Shown: positions 13,370-27,155 of the stretch, piece by piece
Layout: each line of letters starts with the position of its first letter
How positions within the stretch are numbered: position 1 is the stretch's first letter
From: Asterias rubens
Lineage: Eukaryota
NCBI RefSeq assembly: GCF_902459465.1
Contig: NC_047082.1
Location: forward strand, 3,472,001 to 3,536,000
Direction of reading: 5' to 3'
DNA: 64,000 nt
The notes under the pieces: generated by a model
Told to the model about the DNA's origin: nothing
The model's database searches: none
What the model saw: only the letters and a program-made list of their open reading frames with translations
Program-made: the position numbers and the translations under genes

Positions 13370-13759
13370 AGACACTGGACACTATTGGTAATTGTCACAG
13401 ACTAGTCCTTTCACTTGGTGTATCTCAACAATGCATAAAATAACAAACCTGTGGAAATTTGAACTCAATTGGTCGTCGAAGTTGCGAAAGAATAATGGGA
13501 GAAAAAACGCCCTTGTCGCACATTTGTGTACTTTCAGATGCTTGATTTCTGTACCTAAAAATCTAATTCTGAGGTATCGAAACCAAATACAAATATTTCA
13601 GTGATGAATTACTTGTTTCTCAAAAACTACGTTACTTCAGAGGGAGCCGTTTCTCAAAATGTTGTATACGATCAACAGCTATCCATTGCTTGTTACCAAG
13701 TATAGTAAGGTTTTATGCGAATAATTTGTTTGAGTAATTACCAATAGTGTCCAGTGCCT
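13370..13759. mobile_element. MITE family A, full-length
   Basis: TTAA TSDs at 13366-13369 and 13760-13763. Confidence 0.9.
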
Positions 13760-15393
13760 TTAAGTCACCCCCAGTATTCCAAACCTCTCCCTTTGCACCC
13801 TTATCTAAGGTCTTACTAGGATCAATAAGTTTTATAATGATATATTTTGAGTTTGCACGTGCGTTTTTGGTAATTTATTATTTCGACGTAACATATGTGG
13901 AGAGGTGTGAATGAAATCCGAGTTTTTGTTGTCTTATATTTTTTACTGGTCTCCGATGATTAATTGCTTTGGATGCTTGCTTCTTCCTTGGTGTTGCGGA
14001 TGTGCTTGTAATTGTCAAATGGATGTTCAGTTTAGTAATTCCTACCCAAATAAAGAGTGTAAAAAAGGATTAAACCCAGGCTTAGTCTTGAAATACATAT
14101 AGTCCCAATACAGTAGCCTCAGTCCCGATGAGTTACAAACGAGTAGGTCTATAACGTAAGGACATTAGTCCCCAAAATAAACCAGCCTATAAAGGGTAAG
14201 CTATGCTTACAGGCTTATTCATAGTACAGTCCCCCCAAAACATCTTTTCAATCTGTATTTTGTACATGACGCAAATTGTCTCAAGTAAGTCTTACATGCC
14301 AAGTCTTAAGTTAAGTCTTACATGTCCAATCTCAACTCTTACAGGTCAGGTCTCAAGTAATTATTCAAGGTCAAGTCTCTACGTGACAAGTAAACTCTGT
14401 ATAGTCCCCGAGACGAGTATTAAGTCCTTACTAGGAACAAGATTGTCTGGACATAAAATCATAATATCAATGATTTCAAAATCATCATTCTCATTTTGTG
14501 AGAGTTTGTCCCACATTACTCTAGAGTCCTCTTTGGTGAGATGGAGGAACCGGCTGAACTATTTCTGTATCCTTTACTGTCACTCAAACAGTTGCTGAGA
14601 ATAGCACCATCAGCGTCTGACAAGCTTTAGGCATGCACAGACGGTGTTGTGTCAGAGTTAGGCAAGCCGTCTTGTCACTGAGCTTGTTTCGCCAGCAGTC
14701 ATGTTGATGCGAGTCTACAATGTATACTTAACTGTCAATCAACGCATTCCAAAATTTGGCAAAGAGCGATAATTTTACAGAGCAGCTTAAGCAGAACATA
14801 TTGCTTAAAAGTTTCATGCTCAGCAAATAATGATCAGGAGACCAGTCACAAATGGTACATGTGCCATAGTATTAGTAGTACCTTGGCTGGTAATCTTATT
14901 CTGGTTAGCATCATTTGGTTGTGCTGATCACACAAAATAGTGATTTGATGTTTATCAAGCTGGTGTAATACCAATCATCTGAAGTAGCTTATCGTAGCTT
15001 TGTGTGGAAAACCTACTTCCACCATTCTCGTCTTTTAGATAAGTCTCTCAATATGTTTCTTCATAATGCAGCAGAGATCATTGTCCATAGAAGGGGGATA
15101 AAACAATGAATTCGTAGTGTAGGGATGAGCCAAAATGTAATCAAACTTTTGTCCCGATACCTTCTTATATCTGTCATGAAGTGTTTCTTTACAGACGATC
15201 ATCCATCACAATAATTCCCTTGGAGCGTGTTGTTTGACACCAGGGTCTTTTTGGCGCTCTGTAGAAGAACATTATGACTTTATTTGGGGTTCCTTGGAGG
15301 AAAAATAACACTGTGTAGATTTATGAGGTCCACGTCACACTTTGAATTGACAAGTTTCAATCAAAGTAAGAGATCGTAATGGATGGATGGGGA

Positions 15394-15830
15394 GAGAGTC
15401 TTAAAGGAGGCGTCACTACGATGAAAAATGTATCCGGAATGGCATAATGTAAGGTTGATATGTGTAGTTACAGATGATACAGTTTGTAAAGTTAAACTTT
15501 TGCCTCTGGTTTGAATGACACCAAACTATAATTGTTTGATAAAAACTAGAATCATTAACCGTAATATCTCAAGATGTCTTGAAAACTATCTCAAAGATGA
15601 GAGTCTTAAAGGGTCTATCATTGCCTTAAAAGTGTCCATAATGACAGACTTCTGGTTGTAGGCCTATGGTGTTATATGATAGAGGATGCCGTTTGTAACG
15701 TTAACGTTGGCTTCTGTTTTTAAGAACACCTAACTCGGTACCAATCGTTTGATGACATAACCAAATCAGTAACTATTATCTCAAGATGTCTTGCATTGAA
15801 AACTATCGAAGTCTCAAAAATGAGGAATGT
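15394..15830. repeat. Old ~205-bp tandem duplication
   Basis: gagagtcttaaagg at 15394 and 15599. atctcaagatgtcttg occurs twice. Confidence 0.7.
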
Positions 15831-16957
15831 CCTCTCCCATATACCAAATAATTTTTTGCGATTGCAGGAAATGTCAACATTTTTGTTCAATTACTTTACA
15901 TCTTTTCACTCGTACCATGCACACTTTATACAGGCAGTCGCCACTATCTAAGAAAATGCGCAGCACTTGAACATGGGACATGATTGGTTTGTGATTTCAC
16001 ATATTGAAACTAATTTGAATGTTTTTTGTATTTCCCCTTTAGTGAACAGTATGTTGGTTTTCTGTTAGGCCTACGGAAGTCAAATCAATTATACCTAGTA
16101 CGGATATCTAAAAACGTCAAATAAGTTTGTCTCAAATCTCACGTCTACATTCTGAGATTAGTTTGAGCTCGAACAGTTGCCTTGACCGTCGAATGTGTTA
16201 ATTATGAATAATGTGGAGGCAAGTTAACCGCGCACTTCTTCGAATGAATAATTCTATGCTTCTGATACCGACGTTGCCGCCTTCGAAGGTAGCCATAACA
16301 TGTCAAAAGGATCTGGAAATTTACATTTAAAAGAGTTTCTTTCTGAGGTAAATTTGCTTTAAATTGATAAAGGTTTTTACCTTAACACCACAAGTCCACA
16401 ACAAACACGAGAAGGCGCGTTACGAGGTCCCTTGCGGGTCTTACACGACGTCGCCAGACCTAGGGGTTGGCGTGAATTGAAGATGACTGCCGCCCGGTCG
16501 TCACGGCAGTCATTCAGGCCTAGTCTCCCCTCCTCTTTCCCCCCTCGTGTCTTAATTTAACGTGAAATGTATCCTGGTGGGATGGTTGAATTTGATTAAT
16601 GGCACTGAACGTTGTCAACATACCGTATAGTCTAGACCATGAACTTTGCGTAGTAAACTATTATAGTAATCATAATGCAACCTGTTGTTACATCCACCAA
16701 TTGGAATTTGGCTGGACCAATACCTCAAGCTATTCAAGAAATAACCTCCTGTCAAATCGATGATGAGAGTTCAAATATGTTAACTCAACTTCAGATCGGT
16801 TTCATTTTGGGAGGAAATCTGTCAAAAAAAATTCTTGGAATGATGTTAAGTAATATAAGAGTTTTCATTGACATTTTGAACAAAATTAAACGGTCTCTCT
16901 GTACCAAGCAAGCCTACTTTGCCAATTCACATTCTGTCAACTCCAATAGCACCGAAC

Positions 16958-17309
16958 TCAACAGTCTCTGGTGTTTCTGATCAGCAGAGTGTGGGTTCGA
17001 GTCCCAGTCGTGACTCCTGTGTCCTTAGAAAGCATGACACTTAACCATGGTGCATCGTCCTCCGGATGGGACGTAATGCCGTAGGTCCCGTGTGTTTCGT
17101 AATGCACGCAAAAGAACCAATTGCACTTAATATGCCCCGGCGTTCCTGGTTTGATTGGCTGCATGTTGCGCCACACAGTGCCTTGTAAAGCTTTATTTAT
17201 AATGGTGCAATGTAATCACATAATTCAAACATAATAGTCCCATAAACCTTGCAGGAAAATGCTGAATGTTGAAGCGCCTTGAGCGTCACTGAGCGACTGA
17301 TATGAGTGC
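16958..17309 (+). mobile_element. Same SINE family, 5' end clipped
   Basis: ctctggtgtttctgatcagcagagtgtgggttcgagtccc ... tail gaagcgccttgagcgtcactgag. Confidence 0.85.
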
Positions 17310-17313
17310 TTAA

Positions 17314-17694
17314 AGACAGTGGACACTATTGGTAATTGTCAAAGACCAGTCTTCCCACTTTGTGTATCTCAACATAAACACAAAATAACCAACCTGTGAA
17401 AATTTGAGCTCAATCGGTCGTCAGAGTTGCGAGATAATAATGAAAGAAAAAACACCCTTGTCACACGAAGTTGTGTGCTTTCATATGCTTGATTTCGAGA
17501 CCTCAAATTTTAAACTTGAGGTCTCGAAATCAAACTCGTGGAAAATTACTTCTTTCTCGAAAACTACGTCACTTCAGAGGGAGCCGTTTCTCACAATGTT
17601 TTATACCATCAACCTCTCCCCATTACTCGTTATTACCAAGTAAGGTTTCATGCTAATAATTATTTTGAGTAATTACCAATAGTGTCCACTGCCT
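17314..17694. mobile_element. MITE family A, full-length, adjoining a SINE tail
   Basis: TTAA TSDs at 17310-17313 and 17695-17698. Confidence 0.92.
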
Positions 17695-17729
17695 TTAAAG
17701 GCTGCGTCTATATAGTTATATTTGTGTTA

Positions 17730-18240
17730 TATTTGTAACACCCCTTGCAAGTATTCTGCCTGCTCATTGGTTTAGAGCGCGTCACATGACATGTCTTAGT
17801 TTTGCTAGACGACGGCCGTGTGATAGTGCGTCGGTTTGCCATGCGCTAGTCCGAAGACTAGCACACGGCGTGCAGTACCCAGACGTCCGTTGCGTGTGAG
17901 AGGATGATAAATTAATAGTCTGTAACCATTTCGGATTGCACGACACTACATGCAGCACAGTAAAAGTGTTTGCAATCTGTATTCGCGTCGTCCGTGGATT
18001 GTAGTATTCAGGTCTGTAACTTAATAATAATAGTACAGTATTTAGAAATGTTTGGGGTGTTATAAAACAAATATTGACTGCTTTTACTCGTGCAATGGTT
18101 AAAAACTATGACTCCCTCGGTGATCCCCGTAGCGAATTATTTTCCCTCGGCTTCGCCTCGGGAAAATAGAACGCTCCGGGGATCACCTCGGGAGTCATAG
18201 TTTTAACCATATCACTCGAAGCAGTCAATATTTGTATAAT
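17730..18240. mobile_element. Unclassified CpG-rich element ending in a ~170-bp imperfect foldback (18067-18235)
   Basis: acaaatattgactgc ... gcagtcaatatttgt arms, centred on ttttccc-tcggcttcgcctc-gggaaaa. Confidence 0.6.
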
Positions 18241-20168
18241 AGTCTATATAATTGGGGCACTGTCTTTACTAACGTCTGCATTACGTTTCCTATAATGTCG
18301 ATCATTTCGAGAGGGGGGACGGTATCTACACTGGCTGACTCCACTTGTAGTTCTTGGCGCCGTTGACTGTGACTTCGTCCTGGCCCCTCTATATTTCCTC
18401 CTCATCTCCGCTCCCTGTCGCCGTCGTTTCTGCCATCAGTACCGTGGTCTACATGTATAACCTCATGGGTCAGTGTATAGTCAGTAATCTCAGAGAAAAT
18501 CGACTTGTTTTTCTTTCGGGCTTTGCATTTTCCATTTTCCTTTTAGAGAGAGGGCTATGTGGACTAAAAAGATAACATCATCTGCCATAAAGAGTGAAAC
18601 CACGGCCTCTTGGAAACCCAAGAACGATATCATTTCACATGAATGTGTGCGGATCCAGGATGTAATGTGACTCTAGTTTCTATGCTCTCTCTGTATAGCA
18701 GAGTTCCCTTCTCCTATATCATGAGGGGTTACTATGTGTCGTTACCATGTACTCACATCAATAAGTTGTTGTATAGATCCATATTGACAAGTGTTTATAC
18801 CTCTTGGGGCCATCGGTAATAAAATTACGCTCATCCTGTGTGCAAGATGCCTGTTACTTGAGAATGATTTGGACATCTTTATTTTACTCAAACCCAACTC
18901 ATTGTAACCAAACTGAGGCTGGACGATATAATAGTCTGGTGCCATGTTTGCGCAATGTTAGCATTCATTACTGTTTTTGGAAACAGGGAACATGACCAAG
19001 ATGGTGACAGCGTGATAAAGGTCTACAGTCTTCTACCTCCATCTGACTGATTTCACGTTGTGTTCTGATTGGTTGATGATCTCTTGGGGGGGGGGGGGGG
19101 TGGGAGGTAATCATACAGTTACTGTCCAACATGGCTGAATCCTTTTCCAGCCCATCTGTAGGTGTGTAGCTATACTAACGTGATGGGGGCCTCCGTGTGT
19201 ACGAATTAAAAACTTTTGAGTAACACCCTCCCCGCCCCGCCCTTCTATACCCGGGTTTACTCGCCCAACCTATTATCAAACGTGCTTTTGTCAACACAAA
19301 ATGCCCTGTTTCTCCATCCTTTATTGTAGAACTTGGCCAAAACGTGGATTATTTTGATGTGAAAGTGACGGTGAGTGTCAAAGTAGCCTCTTTTTTTTAT
19401 CACATTAGGGCATGGAGGAATACATTTATTCCTCCATGATTAGGGTGACATTCAACCCGTGTTTGCCCTAATCTGATTCGTATGTAAGATGCTTGTGAAA
19501 GTTTACCCGGGTTTAACCCCGTTCTAATGGCGATATCCATCCAGGTTAACTCTGTCGTCAGCCCTAGGGTAACACGAATGTTGATGAAAGTCTACCTGTG
19601 TGACCCCGTCCTTAACCCTAATATACGGACATACCCGGGTTAACTCGCCGGGGGTAACACGTCTTCGTGAGTTTACCCCGTCCTTAGTCCAAGTACGGAC
19701 TCTGGGTGAAGGTCTTTACACGCGGGTTAATCCATCCAACCTATTATGATACACCTACGAAAGGACAACTTCAATCATTGAGGAAGTTAGTGTTTATAAA
19801 AATAAAAAAGAATAAAAAACTTTCGCAACAGTGGTTAGGTTGCGATACCAATTGACATTCCCTTAGGTGTTTGTGAGGGATACATCAACAGTTGCCGGTA
19901 TGTAGTGTTCCTGACAGGATACGATAAGCCGACAGGAAGGCAGGGAGAGAAAATGTTGCATGTACGATTTACGCGGGAAAACCGTGACCCTTGACCCTGT
20001 ACAGTTTCACACCGGAAATCAAATGACGTGTTTAAAGGGGTGAATCGCAGTTCATTCATGTGGCAATAACGGACTGCATGGGCAGGGCTGGGTCCCCCCA
20101 CCTCATGCACTTCCCCCCTTCAAGATTGTATTCTCACATGGTGTAGTCCACATTATGCATAGGCCTAC

Positions 20169-20375
20169 AATAACAAATCTGTAAAAATTTTGACTCAATT
20201 GGTAATCGAAGTTGCAAGAGATAATAATGATAGAAAAAACACCCTTGTCACACGAACTTGTGTGCTTTCAGATTTCGAGACCCCAACTTCTATCAACCTC
20301 TCCCCATTACTCGGTACCAAGTAAGGTTTTATGTTAATAATTATTTTGAGTATTCACCAATAGTGTCCAGTGCCT
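20169..20375. mobile_element. MITE family A, truncated and deleted
   Basis: Right TIR caccaatagtgtccagtgcct plus internal homology. Confidence 0.8.
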
Positions 20376-20910
20376 TTACATCTATCAGACTGAGGGTTCA
20401 TGCAGGAAGGAGCAGCATTTTCATTTAAAAAACTACATTAAACCCCTAGGGCTGGAGTGTATGTTCAACAATCATAAAGTGTATGGCAGGCTGCAATATT
20501 GGACTTTATTAGGCCTCAGGCAAGGGTTTCACTTTGACGCTCCACGTTGGAGGAAATACAATATTTTACACACGGCCAATAATCAACCACGATCAGCCTG
20601 AGTTAAATCGCAAGAGGAAATGAACCGCGAGCGCTCATATTTTGAAATACCCTTGCGACTTGAAAAGGAGTCTAATTGGGAAGGGACCGGGCCTGGTGCC
20701 TGAACTGTGTGGCCTACTTACAGGTTCATCACCGGGTGAACTCCGGCTTGAATAAATGCGGTACCCATCTTTTATACGTTATATTTCTCAATTAGTCGTG
20801 CCTGAATCAAGTGTCTTTGGCTATGACTACGGGTATGACTTTGGCTATCACCATTGACTAAAACGAAAACGTTGAAGTATAGGATTCATTGCGGTGATAC
20901 GGCCACACCC

Positions 20911-21104
20911 GAGGTCTCGAATTCAAGGCATCTGAAAGCACACAACTTGTGCGCCAAGGGTATTTTTTTTCTTCCATTATTCTTTTGCAACTTCGACGAC
21001 CAATTGAGTTCAAATTTTCACAGATTTGTTATTTTATGCATATGTTGAGATACACCAAGTGACAATTTGACAATTTGACAATTTACCACAGGTGTCCAGT
21101 GCCT
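20911..21104. mobile_element. MITE family A, half copy
   Basis: Starts at the central palindrome (gaggtctcga) and ends gtgtccagtgcct-TTAA. Confidence 0.8.
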
Positions 21105-22025
21105 TTAAACGCTCACGATACCTTTAACACGATGTGTTTAGACTGTATGGTACAAACCCTTGCTCTCGTCTGTCAGCTAGCCGACCTATGCAGGTGTCGA
21201 TAACGTGCATGATGGCCTGCAATCTGACAGCTTCAATTATTAGTGCAAGGGTAGGTTGGGGGATCGGCAACCGAGGTCAGGCGTAGTACACTGGACCCTG
21301 TTGTGATGTGCACTCTAGCTGCACACTACCCAAATCCAGTCGATGGGTTCGCCACCTTGCCTGAGATTAGGAGGGGCATCTCTTAAGGATTTTGAGTTGG
21401 GAATGTCTTTCCATAAACAAAACATGTGTGTCTTTTTGAAATGGTCTGTCTTTAGTGCTGTTGACAGTGCATTCGTGACAGGTGTATCAATTTTTTTGCA
21501 GGGTGCACGCCAATTGATGACAAACAAAAGTTGTATGAGGAGGTGCGCTAGGGCACTGTCGAGCCGGGGGGGGGGGGAGGGGGGCTCCTCAAGACCTTTC
21601 CCCACAAACACTTTATTGGGTTGGAGTAACGGTTGGTAACATTCAAGAATACAAAATGGACATTTATTTTAGGCACTTCCCCCTTTAAGGTATCTGGATT
21701 GTGAACAGATTTGGACACTGATGTGTAAATATATTTTGCTTTTCTATTGAGTACACTTGATTGAAGTACTTCCATGTGTGTGTGCATACACCTGTAGCGG
21801 TTGTGATGATAAGCTATATTTTAAGTCTTAGCTATTTGCTGTCTCTTTAGTGTGTTTCAACACAGACCCTTTATTTCAACTCATGACTTTAAGGTACTCA
21901 AGGCCCTTCTTAAGTAGCAGATATTGCTTTATTGACTCGTAGCACGAGGTGATGCTGACCTGGTGGAGGTCGTAGATTATTGTCTCAGCGAGTGGTTAAT
22001 CAGGTTAGAGTCTCAAGTGTTCCAA

Positions 22026-22190
22026 GCCGTTGATTTCATCAAACTATTCCTAACATAGGATTCATTTTAGGACTTGGGACGAGTTAAGTTCGATATCCAT
22101 AGACGTGAACGCATTGAACCCATCCTAAGTTAGGCCGAGTTACTCGTCCTAACTCGAGATAGGATTAATCTAGCGTTTCATGAAATCGGC
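22026..22190. mobile_element. MITE family D2
   Basis: gatttca..aaac ... gtttcatgaaatcggc termini and cctaagttagg motifs. Confidence 0.8.
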
Positions 22191-22479
22191 AACATGGCTG
22201 CGTACAGGACAAACCAGTTTTTAATATCAATTATTATTACATTACGCTTGATATCGTCTGGTTTCCGCCTCACCCCCCTCCCCGCGCTGACTGGAATCCT
22301 CATTTACAGATGGACCGTTGACCGAATATTGCCCAAGTGGATAACATTCCAGAAATTGGCATTGGTCTCTCTATGTTGATTCGAGGGAAAAACCTTGGTG
22401 TACATCACTGTAGCATAGAGAAAGGACTTTCTGTATGACTATATAGGGGAATCACGACGGTGATTTTCTGGGTAATTAA

Positions 22480-22857
22480 AGACACTGGACACTATTGGTA
22501 ATTGTTAAAGACCAGTACTTTCATTGGTGTATCTCAACATATGCATAAAATAACAAACCTGTGCAAATTTAAGCTCAATTGGTCATCGAACTTGCGAGAT
22601 AATAATGAAAGAGAAAAACACCCTTGTCACACGAAGTTGTGTGCGTTTAGATGGTTGATTTCGAGACCTCAAGTTCTAAATCTGAGGTCTCGAAATCAAA
22701 TTCGTGGAAAATAACTTCTTTCTCGAAAACTATGGCACTTCAGAGGGAGCCGTTTCTCACAATGTTTAATACCATCAACCTCTCCCCATTACTCGTCACC
22801 AAGAAAGGTTTTATGCTAATACATATTTTGAGTAATTACCAATAGAGTCCACTGCCT
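22480..22857. mobile_element. MITE family A, full-length
   Basis: TTAA-agacactggacactattgg ... ccaatagagtccactgcct. Confidence 0.9.
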
Positions 22858-23538
22858 TCATTGAAACTTGAATGGCTAAACCCGGCCCGAACTAAACCCT
22901 GGGGCTATTAATAACAATGCAGTACGGACATTTCAAAGCGAAGGTTGAGTAATGCAAGCATATATACACACATTAGAATGGGTTACCACAGCGAATGTCG
23001 TATTTGCAAACAATTATTTAATTTGATTCTATTTACTTTGCAAACTGCAAAAAAAATTTAACTCACACAAAATTTGATACAGCCATAGTCGAAAAGAAAA
23101 ACAATGCATTGCAACAAAATAAAACTAGTTTAGTAAACGGTTTAGTATTTTGTTTCATCGGGTTAACTCCCCAGCTGATCTAGCTCATTTGGGGGCCCTC
23201 CTAATGCCCCCCCCCCCGTATGACCACACCCACCCGGTGAGTGGCAGACGTTCCTTTTCTAACATTGGCATTTATGGACCATTGCCGTATGCATTGGTTA
23301 ACTTTCCAGATAAGCTGATCCCCCCCCCCCCAACACCCCTCCCCCACCCAACCCGGCTCCTGCTATACATTGTGTGATTGTAATTGTACAATTCGATGTA
23401 CATCAAATCAGTGCTTATTGCCAATAACTGGTAACCATTAATCCGCATAAGGTTTGTGTCATCAACTTTGTTGTGCATGATATTTGTGTCACAATTATGT
23501 CATTATGAAGGGTCCATCTATATAGCGGCACCAATTAA

Positions 23539-23917
23539 AGGCAGTGGACACTATTGGTAATTACTCAAAATAATTATTAGCATAAAACCTTACTCGGTAA
23601 GGAGTAATGGGGAGAGGTTGATAGTATAAAACATTGTGAGAAACGGCTCCCTCTGCAGTGACGTAGTTTTCGTGAAAGAGGTAATTTTTCACAAATTTGA
23701 TTTCGAGACCTTAAGTTTAGAATTTGAGGTCTCGAAATCAAGCATCTGAAAGCACACAACTTCGTGTGACCAGGGTGTTTTTTCTTTCATTATTATCTCG
23801 CAACTTCGATGACCAATTAAGCTCAAATTTTCACAGGTTTGTTATTTTATGCATATCTTGAGATACATCAAGTGAGAAGACTTGTCTTTGACAATTACCG
23901 ACAGTGTCCCTGTGTCT
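23539..23917. mobile_element. MITE family A, full-length
   Basis: TTAA TSDs at 23535-23538 and 23918-23921. Confidence 0.9.
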
Positions 23918-25183
23918 TTAACTAACCGTTGTCAAATATTACTTAAAACAGCTGAAATTCGTCAGTCACAATCAACCATTCTGTTTTAATTAAAACATAC
24001 CTAAAGATGAGGCTTACTATTATGGTAATTGGGTAAACTTCACTATATTGGATTATACATTAATTGCTCAGGTGGATCGTAAAGCATGCAAGGTCCTTAT
24101 CCGATATGCTAGGATTTAAAATAAATTGGCTGTCGCTGATATTAATATTGAGACTGTTTTTATCTTGAAGACGAACTAAGGAATTTTCTAATTAAATTGG
24201 ATTTAAGTAATAAACACAGATTAATAATTAATTAGAAAAATGCTACTAGGACTTTTATAAGGTATTATCGAGTACAGTTGGTTTACAATAAGCGCTATGT
24301 ACAAACACACAAGTTAACTACGCTTTAATTTGACGGTGCCGTTTAAGGTCTGTCTTCGATTTTTGTAATGAATCCGAAAAATATGTGAAATTTCTATGAC
24401 AAAAAAACCAAAATTGTTAAAATACTATTCCTATCATAACAAAAATCACCATCGCTTCAACTTTTTTAAGAGCACATTTCACTTTTTACCGTGTCTCTCT
24501 TCCCCCTTTTAGGGGTGGGGGGGGGGGCATGTCCCTAATCGGTATTTTTGGAAGCCTTGGGTTTTATGACTGCAGGAGACTTCAATGTTCTAATAATTCT
24601 ATGCGCGATCCTGAGTGATATTGAGTGATATTGTTTCTCGTGTAATATTGAGCATTCGTCGGATAGAAACTTTGTCGGAAATACTTTCGTAAAAATTTGA
24701 CAAAAGAAGGCTTATTGTATTTGAATGGGGTAGGTATTACTTTATTATCCAAGAAAATATAATGTTTCTCCACGGGAGTTTTCTCCCATGCATTTTAACT
24801 TGAAATGGTTGGTTGAATTTTAACATGTGTCAATGTCGATGTAAATTTTGTTCACTTTTTCTTGAAAATGATTATTCAAAAATTACACTGACATTTAAAA
24901 AAAGGCAGAGTTCAACTCTCGCACTCATTATTAAGACAATCATTGTTGGCATTAGTTTATGAGGTAAATATGATTTAAAATTCCCAAATCACAGATATAA
25001 ATTAAGTTTTTCTTAAAATAATAAAAAACAAAACAATAATTTGTCATAAGACAATCATGATCAAGTCAAGAGCATAATTTCTCACAAATCACGTTTGAAA
25101 TCGACCATAAAATGCTTTCAAATCAGATCGTATCCATCTCGCAGATCAAGATCCAAGTTAGACAAAAGTTAGACAAATAAAAA

Positions 25184-25227
25184 CACGTGATAAGCCAATC
25201 AACAAACGCGAAATTACTCTGACGTCA
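25184..25227. promoter_or_regulatory. Promoter-like motif cluster (E-box, CCAAT, CRE)
   Basis: CACGTG 25184-25189, CCAAT 25195-25199 and perfect TGACGTCA 25220-25227 within 45 bp, at the edge of a CpG-richer non-repeat segment. Confidence 0.4.
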
Positions 25228-25810
25228 CGACTTGTCTGGAAGACAGCCCCCATCCCCGCACATGCGTTATGAGCTTTCCCACGCCCTGTGTCGCAATTTG
25301 TTGGACCGTCTTTGTCCGTTGCTATTGTGTTTTCCAGACCCGTCACTGTTGCGTTTTTTACCGGGGTGAATTTCGTCAAGACATGCCGGTACGTTCTCCC
25401 CACCACAAATGGAGTATATGGAGCTGCTTTTCGGAAGGATTTGACGAACATTTACGAAACAGTGTGTAGTGTAGATATGATTTGCATGGAGGATAATTTA
25501 CCAGCGCCTGTATTGGATCACATAACATAACGCAATGCCACACACGCGTATTTGCCCTCTCGAAACAAAGGAACTGTCGACTGTTTTAATTTTTATCTTG
25601 GGCTGACTTGACTTGGCCACGGCGACGCAACGTTCTCTTTCTGCAACCGAAATATAGCCACAATGTACACCTTGGAATTATTAAAGCACTTAAATCCACC
25701 AAGAACTGTATTGTCGTCGTTGTATAGCTACCTAAACTGTTTTGGATGGATACTTTGGAAGGAAATACAGGCTGAAAACCGAGGAAATATTAATGTCCAG
25801 TTAGCTGTGT

Positions 25811-25941
25811 ATGATGATGTACGAGAGCTTTGAGACGGGTCCATTGCAGGCAGACGCGGGCGGGATGGCCGTGTGTGTCGGCCGCTCTGAGAACAAAGGA
25901 ATATGGAACAGTGTGTGTAAAGGCATGCATTGCGATACAGG
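25811..25941 (+). CDS. Candidate 5' coding exon (MMMYESFETGPLQADAGGMAVCVGRSENKGIWNSVCKGMHCDTG), product unknown
   Basis: ATG-initiated open frame ending at a consensus GG|GTGAGT donor (25942), downstream of the motif cluster. No homology recognised. Confidence 0.25.
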
Positions 25942-26720
25942 GTGAGTTGGTTGGCATACTTTGCGATTTTTATGCAGAAACTATGCACAATTCCAGCGTG
26001 GAAAAATCTTGATTCTGGCAACAAATTTCTCTTGGGAAAGGACAGTAATCTACTTTTAGGATTGAAAGCAAAATTTTAAAAATTATATTCTGTTTTTTTA
26101 ACTCGTGGGTATTTGGATTGTAGACAGAGATATAAATGAGTTGCCTGATATTTGTGCAAATATTTGCTGCATTTATACTTAATAACAATTAGCTTTACTA
26201 AAACATTTTTAAGGCAAATTTAATTTATTACGATATTCCTGCCCGGAAACTTAAGGTTATAATTGAATTGACAAAACTGTTATACTATGTAATATTTTGT
26301 ACTGATTTAAAACACCTTTTTGCACTGCAAATTTTGTAGACAATTAAAGATATATTAACGAACGATTTCATAACTTAAATCTTGTACGTAGAAAAAAAAA
26401 ATATTTTATTACAATTAAGACATATCAAACTGTTCTGAAATATAATTGTTTTTCTTTCTTCAAGAGTAGATTCCTCAAACCATGGAGGTAGAAATACCTC
26501 AATGTTCAAACCATATTGCTCTCAAATAACATCACATAATATATTAAAATGTAAAAATTTAAATGCTTTTAATGGCTTTTTATGGTTGTAAATATGTCTG
26601 GGAAAGTTCAGCATTTCAGAGAAAATTATTTATCATACTGCAGGTACAACATCAATCTTTATACCGAGTTATTATAAATTATTAATTAGTTTCTGATGAA
26701 CATTATAATTCACTGTTTAA

Positions 26721-27155
26721 AGACACTGGACACTATTGGTAATTGTCGAGCTTGATTGGTCGTCGGAGTTGCGAGATAAGTATGAAAGAAGAAAAAACAC
26801 CCTTGTCACACGAAGTTGTGTGCTTTCAGATGTTTGATTTCGAGACCTCAAATTCTAAACTTGAGGTCTCGAAATCAAATTCGTGGAAAATTAATTCTTT
26901 CTCGAAAACTACGTCACTTCAGAGGGAGCCGTTTCTCACAATGTTTTATATTCAGAGCATACTGATCAAAACGTCGATTTGAAACCAACGGTTCTTTTCA
27001 GAACCACCCCAACTCATTAGAGATAGTCATTACATGATGTTACCGCAAACCTTTCTATAATGTTTTATATTATCAACATCTCCCCATTACTTGTTACCAA
27101 GTGAGGTTTTATACTGATAATTATTTTGAGTAATTAACAATAGTGTCCACTGCCT
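26721..27155. mobile_element. MITE family A with internal deletion and a nested 106-bp insertion
   Basis: TTAA TSDs at 26717-26720 and 27156-27159. Insertion at 26953-27058. Confidence 0.9.
26953..27058 (+). mobile_element. PLE-type terminal fragment (3' half of hammerhead motif) with 13-bp TSD
   Basis: Flanked by AATGTTTTATATT at 26940-26952 and 27059-27071. Begins tcag-agcata-ctga-tc-AAAACGTC. Confidence 0.7.

Noticed and set aside
16675-16980. 101-aa ORF as a gene
   Set aside because: No recognisable domain or splice signals, and its 3' end runs into a SINE.
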